Shown: positions 28,617 to 38,158 of the stretch, piece by piece
How the letters are laid out: every line of letters starts with the position of its first letter
Position numbering within the stretch: the first letter of the stretch is position 1
Assembly: GCA_963677925.2 (NCBI GenBank)
Contig: CAXXYH010000004.1
Span: 768,001 to 832,000 of the forward strand
Source of the DNA: Spirochaetia bacterium
GTDB lineage: Bacteria; Spirochaetota; Spirochaetia; UBA9216
Direction: 5' to 3'
DNA: 64,000 nt
Notes under the pieces: model-generated
The model's input: only the letters and a program-made list of their open reading frames with translations
The model's database searches: none
What the model was told of the DNA's origin: nothing
Made by a program: the position numbers and the translations under genes

Positions 28617-29402
28617 ATGAACCAACTTGCTTATCAGAGAAATCCTTTTGAGGGTGCAGTGATTGCCGGAGACGATTTGAGCGGTGATGCCGGGGATTTC
28701 GGACTGAGACTTAGAAAAACAATAGACGAAATTAAAGAGCAGAATCTCCGTGTTATATGGCTGGAGATTCCCATTGAGAAATCCAATCTGATTCCGGAGG
28801 CCGTAGCTGCCGGTTTTATCTTTCATCATGCACTTGAAGACAGACTTCAGCTTACTATGACCCTTGTTGAAGGCTCATATGTTCCGCCCTTTGCTACTCA
28901 TTATATCGGAGCAGGCGGAGTTGTGATTGATTCTGAAAACAGGATTCTGGTTATCCAGGAAAAATACAGACATAACAATCGGCGTCATTACAAGCTTCCA
29001 GGCGGAACCCTCCATCAGGGAGAGCATATTGAGGAGGCTGTTGTACGTGAGGTTGAAGAAGAGACCGGCATTAAAACCCGTTTTGTTTCACTTGCCTGTT
29101 TCAGACACTGGCACGGATACAGATATGGAAAGTCTGATATCTATTTTGTGTGCAGGCTTGAGCCGCTTTCTACAGAAATTACAATTGATGAATCCGAAAT
29201 TGAAGAGGGTTTATGGATGCCGCTTGATGAATATCTTGCCAGCCCCGATACCCATGATTTTAACCGCAAGATTGTAAAAACTGCAGTAGGCGGGAAGGGG
29301 CTTGCTCCGGAGAGTATCGAGGGATACGGTACTCCGGAGACCCATGAAATGATGTTTGTTACTGAAGACCCTTCGGTGTTCCCAGAATCTCCGACCAGAT
29401 AA
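28617..29402 (+). CDS. Nudix hydrolase (NUDT6-like with N-terminal domain)
   Basis: Nudix box PGG.....E.IEEAVVREVEEETG; GFIFHHA and P.FATH.IGAGG. Confidence 0.88.
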   Translation: MNQLAYQRNPFEGAVIAGDDLSGDAGDFGLRLRKTIDEIKEQNLRVIWLEIPIEKSNLIPEAVAAGFIFHHALEDRLQLTMTLVEGSYVPPFATHYIGAGGVVIDSENRILVIQEKYRHNNRRHYKLPGGTLHQGEHIEEAVVREVEEETGIKTRFVSLACFRHWHGYRYGKSDIYFVCRLEPLSTEITIDESEIEEGLWMPLDEYLASPDTHDFNRKIVKTAVGGKGLAPESIEGYGTPETHEMMFVTEDPSVFPESPTR

Positions 29403-29916
29403 CTGCCTTTTTCAGATCGGGCAGTCTGCTAATCCTGCCTGCAGCTGTATTTTCAGCTTCATATTCAGATTCCAAAGATTCTGAATATGTGTAGGCTTCT
29501 TTCCCGGTTTTGGCTGTCTTCAGGGCGGCCGGCTTTGCTTCAGTAGCCTCTGATGCCTGAATATCGAGCCCGAAAACGCTCTTTGTTGAAGAGTCTCCGC
29601 TGTATGCGGGGTCCTCTTTTGCAGACTCCGTCTCTACAGCGGTGTAAATCTGTTCCGGGACTTCCTGCTGACCGTTATCCCTGCCTTTAAAGGTAAAAGC
29701 ATCATCGATGTTTTTAATAAAATCCGAAAAGCCTTTTTCAAGCCCTGCTGCCGATTCTTTTCCTGTTTTCTTTTTTGCCGCATCCTGCATCTGCTTTTTA
29801 ACGGCACTGAAAGGATCAGCAGATTTACTCTGGTCTTTATTGGCCTTTTTGATAAATCTGAAAACCGAGAAGAATATTGCAATTATAAAGAAAAAAGGAA
29901 TTGATTCAAAAGCCAT
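29359..29916 (-). CDS. hypothetical membrane-anchored protein (YqfB-like position)
   Basis: N-terminal TM; C-terminal LKKAVIWSEILGTPKG, typical of genes following floA. Confidence 0.65.
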   Translation of the reverse strand: MAFESIPFFFIIAIFFSVFRFIKKANKDQSKSADPFSAVKKQMQDAAKKKTGKESAAGLEKGFSDFIKNIDDAFTFKGRDNGQQEVPEQIYTAVETESAKEDPAYSGDSSTKSVFGLDIQASEATEAKPAALKTAKTGKEAYTYSESLESEYEAENTAAGRISRLPDLKKAVIWSEILGTPKGLQ

Positions 29917-29930
29917 TATATTCCCCAGCT

Positions 29931-30917
29931 TTACTTGTCAGACTTCTTTCCGTCTTCGCTGATGCTCTGCCTCATGTCTGTATCAGCCTGAATGTTTCTG
30001 AGCCGATAATAATCCATGATGCCCAGATGCCCTTCTCTGAATGCGGCTGCAATAGCTTTTGGAATCTCGGCCTCCGCCAGAACAACCTGTGCCTGGTTTT
30101 CCTGAACCAGGGCTGACATTTCCTGCTCTCTTGCAATTGCTGCTGCTCTGCGCTGTTCCGCAACAGCCTGGAATCTGCGTTTATCTGCTTCTGCCTGATC
30201 GGCCTGAAGTTTTGCTCCGATATTATCGCCGACATCCACATCTGCTATATCGATTGAAAGAATCTCGAAAGCCGTTCCTGCATCCAGACCCTTTGCAAGT
30301 ACGGTTTTTGAAATCTTGTCAGGATTTTCAATAACATCCTTATAAGTTTCTGAACTTCCGATTGTAGTTACAATACCTTCACCGACTCTGGCTATGATTG
30401 TCTCCTCAGTGGCTCCTCCGACAAGCCTTTCTATATTGGCCCTCACGGTAACTCTGGCCTTTGCTCTCAGCTGTATTCCGTCCTTGGCCACTGCGTCAAT
30501 TGTCTGCCGGCCCTTATCAGGATTGGGGCAGTCGATTACCTTGGGGTTTACGCTGGTTTTTACCGCATCAAGTACATCACGGCCTGCCAGATCGATAGCT
30601 GCAGCCTGCTGAAAATCAAGCACGATATTTGCCTTATTTGCAGCAATAAGCGCCTTGCTTACTCTTATGACGTCACCGCCCGCCAGGTAGTGTGTTTCGA
30701 GAAGATCCGAATCTGTTGCAATACCGGCCTTTGTAAGCATAATCCGGCTGTCAACGATCTGCTTTGATTTGACCTGCCGTATCCACATTCCTATCAGGCG
30801 TCCGAGCGAGATGTGTGCACCTGAAAGCAGGGCTCTGAACCACAATCCGAAAAACTTGATAAACAGTGCAATAATTATGAGGGCTATAACCCCTGCTACG
30901 ATATAAACCAGAACCAT
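29931..30917 (-). CDS. floA: flotillin-like protein FloA (YqfA, UPF0365)
   Basis: [59 protein letters not shown]. Confidence 0.93.
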   Translation of the reverse strand: MVLVYIVAGVIALIIIALFIKFFGLWFRALLSGAHISLGRLIGMWIRQVKSKQIVDSRIMLTKAGIATDSDLLETHYLAGGDVIRVSKALIAANKANIVLDFQQAAAIDLAGRDVLDAVKTSVNPKVIDCPNPDKGRQTIDAVAKDGIQLRAKARVTVRANIERLVGGATEETIIARVGEGIVTTIGSSETYKDVIENPDKISKTVLAKGLDAGTAFEILSIDIADVDVGDNIGAKLQADQAEADKRRFQAVAEQRRAAAIAREQEMSALVQENQAQVVLAEAEIPKAIAAAFREGHLGIMDYYRLRNIQADTDMRQSISEDGKKSDK

Positions 30918-31394
30918 TTAATCCTCCTTGCTTACGACAATCCTGTTGCCGTCGACTTTTTTAACAATAATTTTACTGTCTTTTTCTATATATTCACCGT
31001 TGGAAACGGCGTTTATCCGCCTGTTTTCGATAATTATCATTCCGGACGGTCTGAGGTCGGTAAGAGCAGTCCCTGACTGTCCCAGAATGCTGCTCATGTC
31101 TCCAGCTCCTGCGGTAAAGCCTTCTTCTTTTCCGAAGGTCTTCCCGAGAATCAGCCGCTTGCCGAAAAAAGTATACGGAAAAACCTTGAAGAACAGAGCT
31201 ATCAGCAGCGGAATCATTATTGCCGCAATGATGATAAAAACCGCACCAGCGGTATTGCTTATCATAAACGCGGTTACAATGGATGCAATAACCGTCCCCG
31301 CACCGACAAGGCCGACAAGCCCGAAAGCCGGTATGAAAAACTCAATAATTATAAATATTATCCCTGCCGCAAGCAGTGCTGCCGCTTTTATCAT
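30918..31394 (-). CDS. short NfeD family protein
   Basis: TM segments plus OB-fold G.ALTDLRPSG....RINAVSNGEYI. Confidence 0.88.
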   Translation of the reverse strand: MIKAAALLAAGIIFIIIEFFIPAFGLVGLVGAGTVIASIVTAFMISNTAGAVFIIIAAIMIPLLIALFFKVFPYTFFGKRLILGKTFGKEEGFTAGAGDMSSILGQSGTALTDLRPSGMIIIENRRINAVSNGEYIEKDSKIIVKKVDGNRIVVSKED

Positions 31395-32860
31395 GTCATG
31401 TCCGCCTTTGAAGCAATAATCCGGTTTCCGTTAACGCCGGTAATAATTACTACAGTTCCCTTCTCAATATATTCACCGGAAGATTCAACCGTTATAAGCT
31501 CTCCGTCAATTTCGGCCTTTCCGGCAGGGCGGAGGTCGGTCGCGGCTGTTCCCGTCTTTCCAATGAGAGCAGAGTCTGTATTCACTTTCTGAACTGTAAA
31601 GCCGGAGGCCGGCGTTTCTTCTGTTTTCAGTACAAGCCGGTTGAATACACCAATTCTGGGAAACAGCAGGAATATTACACCTACCAGAATTATCGAGCCG
31701 AGGGTTCCTATTCCTACGTTGATGATATTCTGCTTAAAAAGATCATACTGCCAGTCTACCTCCGGCAGGACAAAGTCCTGACCTGCAAGTACAAGTCCGA
31801 CCGCAATGAGCACTATTCCGCTTATTCCTGCTGCCCCGAAGCCGGGAATTATAAATATTTCGACAGCAAGAAGAGCCACTCCTGCAAGAAAAAGCAGTAT
31901 TTCAAGCGAGCCCACATTCCCGAGCATTGCATTAGAGGCAAACAGAATTGAAAAGACAATTATCGCAACGGTTCCTGGTATTCCGAAGCCCGGACTTGTA
32001 ATTTCAATATATACGGCAGCCAGCCCGATTATTACAAGAAGTGTTGTGAGGGCGCTTCCTGTAATGAGTGCTATCAGGCTGTCGGGTATGCTTGATTCAG
32101 CTGTTTCCACACTGTCCGCCTCAATTCCTTCAAGTTTAAGCAGCTCTGTTCTGCTTTCAACTGTTCCCGAGCTGATCCGGTAAAAGGCCATTTCGTTGGC
32201 GGTCAGAGTCAGCAGTTTTCCGGGTTTAGAAACGGTTTTGCCTGTCCTGAATGTTTTACCGTTTTTCTCTGCATCAGTTTGAATCTGAGGCAGTTCTTCT
32301 GCGGATGCAAGTGAGGGGATATCATTTATAAAGTATTCTGAAAGCTCTGTGTCGGCATCTACCATTGCAAGTGCCGCAGCCTTCGGATATCCGTTCTTCT
32401 CGGCAAGTGCGGCCATCTGCCCGCGGACGGCGCTTACGGTTTTCTCTTCGGCCGCCTTCATTCCTTCAGCACTCGAATAGACCGGCGCCGCTGCGCCAAT
32501 GGATGTTCCGGGCGCCATATAAATTTCATTGCAGGCAAAGCTTATAAGAGCTCCGGCCGACCAGCTTACGCCGGTAGTTTCAGGGGCTGCCGGAATATAG
32601 GCAATTGTATGCTGTTCTGCATTGCCGATCAGCGTTGCAATCTGAAGCGCCGATTCAACAAGGCCGCCGAAAGTGTCAATTTCAAATATTATTGTATCCG
32701 CGCCGCTGTTATCGGCTTTCTCAATGCTGCGTCTTATAAATACAGTCAGTGAACGATCTATCTCTCCGTTAACCGGAATGACGGTAACGTCAGCTGCTTC
32801 CGCGCAGACGGCGGAAAAAAGAACCAGAATCGGTATTAATTTGAACAATCTTTTTTTCAT
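31391..32860 (-). CDS. long NfeD (YqeZ-like): ClpP-like protease domain, TM domain and OB fold
   Basis: IDTFGG, SAGALI, MAPGTSIGAA; PGFG repeats; TDLRPAGKA. Confidence 0.9.
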   Translation of the reverse strand: MKKRLFKLIPILVLFSAVCAEAADVTVIPVNGEIDRSLTVFIRRSIEKADNSGADTIIFEIDTFGGLVESALQIATLIGNAEQHTIAYIPAAPETTGVSWSAGALISFACNEIYMAPGTSIGAAAPVYSSAEGMKAAEEKTVSAVRGQMAALAEKNGYPKAAALAMVDADTELSEYFINDIPSLASAEELPQIQTDAEKNGKTFRTGKTVSKPGKLLTLTANEMAFYRISSGTVESRTELLKLEGIEADSVETAESSIPDSLIALITGSALTTLLVIIGLAAVYIEITSPGFGIPGTVAIIVFSILFASNAMLGNVGSLEILLFLAGVALLAVEIFIIPGFGAAGISGIVLIAVGLVLAGQDFVLPEVDWQYDLFKQNIINVGIGTLGSIILVGVIFLLFPRIGVFNRLVLKTEETPASGFTVQKVNTDSALIGKTGTAATDLRPAGKAEIDGELITVESSGEYIEKGTVVIITGVNGNRIIASKADMT

Positions 32861-32907
32861 AGTTAACTAATTTAAATTTGACTCTGCAGAGCCCTGTTGT
32901 CAAGTCT

Positions 32908-32954
32908 AAAAACAAAAAGCCGTCCGAAACAGGTTTTTTCCCATCCGAACGGCC
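32908..32954 (-). terminator. intrinsic terminator
   Basis: Minus strand GCCGTTCGGA...TTCGGACGGC followed by TTTTTGTTTTT. Confidence 0.6.
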
Positions 32955-32985
32955 TCTATTGGATTTCTTTACTGCGGTTCTTAAA

Positions 32986-34281
32986 TCAGCGAAGCATTTT
33001 TGCAAGCTCTGAAGCTATCTTCTTTCCAAGTTCCTTTGCTGCTTCGGTTGCCAGAGTCTGTACTGAGCGGATGTCGGTATCGTCTTTTGAGGCAAGATTC
33101 CGGTCGTTGTAGTCCAGCGCTCTCTCGTCGCCGCTCCATCTTGCCCATTCTGCTTCGTCCTCTTCACTCCAGCTGACCGTATTTCCCATCAGTATTTCAC
33201 CGGTTTCAACATCGATAGCTCTGAAGGTTACCGTGGCATTGAAAGTTATTGTTCTTTTGAAGTAGGTAATCTCAGCCTCTGCGACGTCGGGGGGCGGTGC
33301 TGTTGAACCTGATTTCCAGGAACCGGATGTTCCTGATGTGGATGATGTTGATGAGGATTCGGAATCTTCTTCATCAAAGGTTATTACCTTGTGTTCGGTT
33401 CTCCTTGAAGGCGGCGGATTGTCAATTGACGCTGCATCGATAGTTCCGGTTATGAAAATATTTGAATTGAGCAGGTTTCCTATCTCGACCCTGGACTGAT
33501 CGTCCATGAGTGCATTCATCGAGTTTATCTGCTCATTCAGAAGGCTTGACTGCATCTGTCTGTCGATAAACTTGGTAAACTTCATGACTTCGCGGTCTTT
33601 CATCAGTTCTGATATTGCGGTGGCCTGAACCAGATCGGAGAACTGGTTGATGGGGATGTCCCATGCGTTGTTTCTGAACTCGAAAAACGCTACAACCTGT
33701 GTACCTTCCTCAAGTGCTGCGGCCGCTCTGGTTTTTGCGTCCTTATAGCCGGGGACGAATCCAAGTGCCATTTCAAATTCTTTGGCCGCCTGTTTCGAAT
33801 CTTCCCTTGTCTTGAGTTTTGCGAGGCGCAGTCCTTCCTGGTAGTGGTCTTCAGCGGCCAGCTCGGAATATTCTCCGCGTTCAGCACTGTAGTCTGTATA
33901 GCTGAAACTAAGCTGCATCTTTGTTTTCGGGTGATAAAGCGGCGGCAGTGTTCTTGCTGCTTCATTTATTTCAACCAGATATCCGTAGTAGGTTGCGATT
34001 TTATCATTTTTGAATATTTCGCTGCTGGTCTTAGTCTGTTCGGCCTTCTGCTCATAGTAGCTGACAGCTTCGGGATATATTTCATCCAGAAAAAGCAGTG
34101 CCTTTTTATACTCGTTATCTATGCGCACAGATTCAATCGCATTGATTGCCGCATTGTAGTAGTCGCCGGATTTTCTTGCCCGTGTGGCATCAGTTAAAAG
34201 TCTTCCCTCACTTGAAAGAGATTTGCACCCGGTGAGAGAAATAATTATCAGGATTAAAACTAAAATACGATTTCTTTTCAT
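32986..34281 (-). CDS. lipoprotein with TPR-like helical region and CsgG-like C-terminal domain
   Basis: Lipobox-like LTGC; FVPGYKDA; DRQMQSSLLNEQ...EIGNLL; RAIDVETGEI. Confidence 0.6.
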   Translation of the reverse strand: MKRNRILVLILIIISLTGCKSLSSEGRLLTDATRARKSGDYYNAAINAIESVRIDNEYKKALLFLDEIYPEAVSYYEQKAEQTKTSSEIFKNDKIATYYGYLVEINEAARTLPPLYHPKTKMQLSFSYTDYSAERGEYSELAAEDHYQEGLRLAKLKTREDSKQAAKEFEMALGFVPGYKDAKTRAAAALEEGTQVVAFFEFRNNAWDIPINQFSDLVQATAISELMKDREVMKFTKFIDRQMQSSLLNEQINSMNALMDDQSRVEIGNLLNSNIFITGTIDAASIDNPPPSRRTEHKVITFDEEDSESSSTSSTSGTSGSWKSGSTAPPPDVAEAEITYFKRTITFNATVTFRAIDVETGEILMGNTVSWSEEDEAEWARWSGDERALDYNDRNLASKDDTDIRSVQTLATEAAKELGKKIASELAKMLR

Positions 34282-34337
34282 TTCAACAGTCCTTCCCATA
34301 ATCGTAGCATCGGCCTGTTTAATATTATATCTTCAGT

Positions 34338-34384
34338 AAAAAAAATAAAACTCCAATAATTTCATTTTGGAACTATTGGAGTTT
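34338..34384 (-). terminator. intrinsic terminator of the Rrf2 operon
   Basis: Minus strand AAACTCCAATAGTTCC-AAAA-TGAAATTATTGGAGTTT followed by a T-rich tract. Confidence 0.7.
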
Positions 34385-34403
34385 ATAAAAGGCGTATGCT
34401 TTT

Positions 34404-34646
34404 CTAATATCCGGCTTCCGCAGCCATTACGTTGGCCGGGTCGAAGGCGTGACATGGGGTAACCGCATGTACCGAACCGCAGTCCGGGCATTTAAATTCG
34501 AAGGTTTCCATCTCGAATTCGCTTCCGCAGGATCCGCAGGTAATCTGCAGAGGCACCGGAAGGTACTGTTCCGAGAATCCCATCATCCTTACCTTGTCTA
34601 CAACTGCCTTTGCATTATCAAATGAACCTGAACAACCGTCATGCAT
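34404..34646 (-). CDS. small HypA-like Zn-finger / metal-binding protein
   Basis: N-terminal MHDGC; CGSC and CPDC pairs; VTPCH; overlaps the upstream gene. Confidence 0.75.
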   Translation of the reverse strand: MHDGCSGSFDNAKAVVDKVRMMGFSEQYLPVPLQITCGSCGSEFEMETFEFKCPDCGSVHAVTPCHAFDPANVMAAEAGY

Positions 34647-35673
34647 ATCTTTTCTCCTCTGAATCTTTGGTTTCTGTCAGTCTGTTTCCCTGTCTGAGTT
34701 TTGTTCTGTAAGACAGGAGGGTTCTGTCGAGCTCTTCAAGCTCGCCGAGGATTGTTTTCTCCTCTTCTGTTGTTTCAATAATTTTTGAGATTCCGCCGTT
34801 TTTAATTACAATCCGCCGGTCGGCCATCAGCGCAAGAATAGGGTCGTGTGTGGCCATCAGGACAATTTTTTCTTCGGATAAAAGCAGTTCGAGAGCCTTT
34901 TTACGGTCAATACCTGCGTTTTCGATCTCATCAATAAGGATTATAGGTGATTTGCTTAGGATTGCTGTGTCGGCAATCATAAGAGCCCGTGACTGTCCGC
35001 CGCTGAGGCTTGTGACCGGGGTTTCCGGTCCGAACTGTTCGCCTGCAAGCCTGTTTGCCTCGGCGATGATTTTTTCAGTTATTTCCTCCCTGTTTTCGGC
35101 CATGCGGCTTTCGGCATGCATGCTCACAAATTCGCGGACGCTTAAGTCCATTACGAAGTTCATATTCTGCGACAGCTGTGCCACAAGCTTCTTCGAGGTA
35201 GAAAAGCGCCAGCTTTTATCAGGAACTTCCCCGTTTATAAGAATACGCCTTGATGTCGGTGTATCGGCCTGTGCAACCCATTCAATATCGCCGAGCAGCC
35301 TGCTTTTTCCGGAACCGGTAGGGCCTACAATTGAGACAATTTCACTTGTCCTGATCACAAGCTCTTCAAATCCTTCGGAATTTCCCGATTTATCGGTTCC
35401 GGGAAGTATCGTTACCGACTGTACCTTTTCGTTTTCACCGAGGAATTCAAGCATCTGGTTTATAAAGTCTGCAAGGCCGGTCATAAGCCTTTCAGGGTCG
35501 ATCGCCCTGTCTTCGCGCTCGGTTTCATCAAAGCTGTTGAAAAGTTCTCCGATAGTCTGCTTTTTCCGGCCTGTCAGGCTTATGTTGTTGTCGGCGAAAT
35601 AAGTTTCGGCAAAGGGGTAGGCGTCAAGAACCCTTGCCGCCGTCAGTGTTTCGAGATCCTTTTTAAGCACCAT
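34639..35673 (-). CDS. ABC-type ATPase with N-terminal accessory domain
   Basis: GPTGSGKS, LSGGQ, ILIDEIEN, ATHD; start ATG 35673 (or 35682) near AGGAGG. Confidence 0.9.
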   Translation of the reverse strand: MVLKKDLETLTAARVLDAYPFAETYFADNNISLTGRKKQTIGELFNSFDETEREDRAIDPERLMTGLADFINQMLEFLGENEKVQSVTILPGTDKSGNSEGFEELVIRTSEIVSIVGPTGSGKSRLLGDIEWVAQADTPTSRRILINGEVPDKSWRFSTSKKLVAQLSQNMNFVMDLSVREFVSMHAESRMAENREEITEKIIAEANRLAGEQFGPETPVTSLSGGQSRALMIADTAILSKSPIILIDEIENAGIDRKKALELLLSEEKIVLMATHDPILALMADRRIVIKNGGISKIIETTEEEKTILGELEELDRTLLSYRTKLRQGNRLTETKDSEEKRYA

Positions 35674-36373
35674 GGCTGGCATCCTCCTGAAGGTTTATTT
35701 TGCGAACATTTCCCATCTGGTAGCTTTCGCCTATCCGGGTTTCACCCAGACAGTAGGAGCACATTGCAGACGGCATCGGAAAACGCAGCTCCTTTCCCTG
35801 AAGGCTTGTGAGGGCGGTTTTCGGGTCATACAGCAGGGTGCTCAATTCAAAGCTTCCCTGGCCTGTAAGCCCGTTGATGTGCATAATTACAGCCGAAGGG
35901 TTAACGGCGTTCACTCTGGATGCAAAGACTTCCCTTTCCGCCTGGGAAACAATGTCGCCCTTGGTGATGATCACAATGTCAGCCGACTTAAGCATTGGAC
36001 CGATTTTCTTGGGGGTGTTTATTCCGCTTAGATTGTCGATTACGCAGACGGCCTTCACTTCCTTCACGTATGGAGAACAGCGGTTGCAGAGACCTGCAGA
36101 TTCACTTATCAGTACATCAAAGCCCGACTCGACTCCCCACTGTGTTATTTCTTCTATATTGCTGACGAAATAGTGGTCAGGACAGAGTGAGCCTGAGAGG
36201 CCTTTTTTTACAGGGATGCCTGCCTTGCGGTAGAGTTCGTCATCATCTGTATAGAGGCAGTCGAACTTGGCTACTCCCACTTTAAGGCCTCTGCTTTTAA
36301 GTGATTCGATAGTTTTAAGTATCACCGAGGTCTTGCCCGATGAGGGCGGACCTGAAAATGTCACAAGGTTCAT
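35663..36373 (-). CDS. G3E-family GTPase (HypB/UreG/CobW-like)
   Basis: GPPSSGKT, LCPDH, ESAGLCNRC, TKGD, C-terminal CSYC. Confidence 0.88.
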   Translation of the reverse strand: MNLVTFSGPPSSGKTSVILKTIESLKSRGLKVGVAKFDCLYTDDDELYRKAGIPVKKGLSGSLCPDHYFVSNIEEITQWGVESGFDVLISESAGLCNRCSPYVKEVKAVCVIDNLSGINTPKKIGPMLKSADIVIITKGDIVSQAEREVFASRVNAVNPSAVIMHINGLTGQGSFELSTLLYDPKTALTSLQGKELRFPMPSAMCSYCLGETRIGESYQMGNVRKINLQEDASHGA

Positions 36374-37609
36374 TTATACTCCTGCTGCTGATTCGACAGC
36401 TGAATTGAATACTTCTTCGCAGTGACCGATCAGCTCTGCGATATCGTTTGAATATATATAGTCCCATCCCGGCCACATAAATGTGTTTGACAAATCTATC
36501 CGGTTATCAACATCCTCTCTTGTGCTGGGGAAAAGCCCGTTGTGGGCCAGGGTTTCACCGACTTCTTTTGATGCAAAGAAATCAACTACCGGCTGAATCT
36601 TTTCCGCAGAAGCAGCCTTAGTAAGCATGAAGATCGGACTTAAAATTGCCCCGTCCTCGGGCCATACCGCCTTCATCGGTCCGCCTTCTTTTACGGTCTT
36701 AGTGAAGAAAAACGGCATTATTGTTACCGCAGGCCTGTTTGCTTTTTTGGTACTGCTTTTGACCATCTGTGAGGGGTGCATTGATTCAAGCAGACTTTTT
36801 CCCAGTCTGAAGACGCCGTCGTCGCCGTAATTCCGGTGGATGTTTATCAGAATCGCATTGAAAAGATCGAAGTCTCCTATAGGGATTGATACCCTGTTTT
36901 CAAATTCGGGGCTGAGAATGTCTTTCCAGCTTTTCGGTGCCGGGGTATCTCCAAGTTCATTTGTGTTTACAAGAAATACTGCAGGTACGGCGCTGATTAT
37001 GGAATAGTGCCCGCGGGGGTCTTTCAGATCGATTCCGTCAAAAAGTTCGTTGTATTTTTCATATCCGCTTAAATCACTGAAAACTCCCTGCTCCTTGTAT
37101 CTGCCGATTTTTTTTCTGTCAAAGAAAAGATCGAATCCGGCTGAAATGAAAATGTCTGGAAGGTTCTCATGGCTGCTTAAACCGCTGATGTTTTTTTCAA
37201 CCCAGTCCAGTCCCATGGAAGCGGCTTTCAGTTCGTGGGCAATCTGCAGTCCGGAATCCTTTTCAAAGCCTTCGGCAAAGCGGCTGAACTGTTCCAGCAG
37301 CGGAATTCTTACCGGGCAGGGCAGGAGTCCTGTGAGGCTGATGTCGGGGTCCGAAACCTTTTCGGTATTTATTCCGTCAATTCCGCTTTCTGCTTTCCGT
37401 TTGATTGCCTCGTTGAGCAGTGCGGAGAAGGACTGCAGGTCTGTCTGCTTAAGCATCAGTGCGTGCTTGAGGGATATGGTCTTAGCGAATTTTTCCCTTT
37501 GAGCCTCGTCATCCATCTGTGGAAATCCGTTGTTTATAAAAACAGGAATAGTTTCCGGATACCTGTCTACTATGCTGTAAAGTTTGTCGTTTTCTTCAAA
37601 ATAGTTCAT
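36374..37609 (-). CDS. substrate-binding-protein homologue with N-terminal DUF1858-like domain and no signal peptide
   Basis: IVDRYPETIPVF..NGF N-terminal domain; LPCPVR; P.SW.D.L.P; WPEDGA..SP. Confidence 0.8.
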   Translation of the reverse strand: MNYFEENDKLYSIVDRYPETIPVFINNGFPQMDDEAQREKFAKTISLKHALMLKQTDLQSFSALLNEAIKRKAESGIDGINTEKVSDPDISLTGLLPCPVRIPLLEQFSRFAEGFEKDSGLQIAHELKAASMGLDWVEKNISGLSSHENLPDIFISAGFDLFFDRKKIGRYKEQGVFSDLSGYEKYNELFDGIDLKDPRGHYSIISAVPAVFLVNTNELGDTPAPKSWKDILSPEFENRVSIPIGDFDLFNAILINIHRNYGDDGVFRLGKSLLESMHPSQMVKSSTKKANRPAVTIMPFFFTKTVKEGGPMKAVWPEDGAILSPIFMLTKAASAEKIQPVVDFFASKEVGETLAHNGLFPSTREDVDNRIDLSNTFMWPGWDYIYSNDIAELIGHCEEVFNSAVESAAGV

Positions 37610-38043
37610 TTGTTCTCCGTATCCCCGCTTATGCCTGTATGACTGCTGAATTCAGCCAGATTTATAGTTTCCAGTATATTGTAGATTTCCTGTGAGACTG
37701 AGCTCATCTTTGCCGTGAAGATACAGCTGCTGAATGAGCACTCCGATCTGCCCAGCGGACAGCCTTTATTATCTATTTTTGATTCCATGATCTCGTAGAT
37801 GTTTAGAAAACTGATTTCCCGGGGGTCTTTTGACAGTATGAATCCGCCGGAGGGGCCCCTTACCGAGGACACTATGCCGGCCTTGCTCAGCCTCTGAAAC
37901 ACCTTTGCCAGATGGGCTTCGGATGCACCCAGATTTTTTGCTATAAAGCCGGTATTCAGCCTTTGCGGGGCCTCTCTTGCTATGAGGGCAAGGCTGTGAA
38001 ATGCCAGTGATGCTCCCTCGGATATATTTATAAGCGGATTCAT
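37606..38043 (-). CDS. Rrf2 family transcriptional regulator (three Cys, probably Fe-S binding)
   Basis: ASEAHLAKVFQRL, SVRGPSGGF, CPLGRSECSFSSCIF. Confidence 0.93.
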   Translation of the reverse strand: MNPLINISEGASLAFHSLALIAREAPQRLNTGFIAKNLGASEAHLAKVFQRLSKAGIVSSVRGPSGGFILSKDPREISFLNIYEIMESKIDNKGCPLGRSECSFSSCIFTAKMSSVSQEIYNILETINLAEFSSHTGISGDTENK

Positions 38044-38061
38044 GGATTCTCCTGTAAACTG

Positions 38062-38089
38062 TTATTTAGGTATTACAATACCTAAATAA
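38062..38089. promoter_or_regulatory. candidate Rrf2 operator
   Basis: Perfect inverted repeat TTATTTAGGTATT-AC-AATACCTAAATAA ending 18 bp before the rrf2 start codon. Confidence 0.75.
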
Positions 38090-38158
38090 ATAAATATGAT
38101 CAAGATGAAAAATGTTTTTTTAATTGAAAATTGCATCTGTGATTACCTAAAATAGTGT

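Noticed and set aside
33290-33375. Low-complexity GAT/TGA-rich stretch
   Set aside because: Encodes a Ser/Thr/Gly linker in the lipoprotein; not a DNA repeat element
34850-35602. 250-aa plus-strand ORF
   Set aside because: Antisense shadow of the ABC ATPase gene with no recognisable motifs
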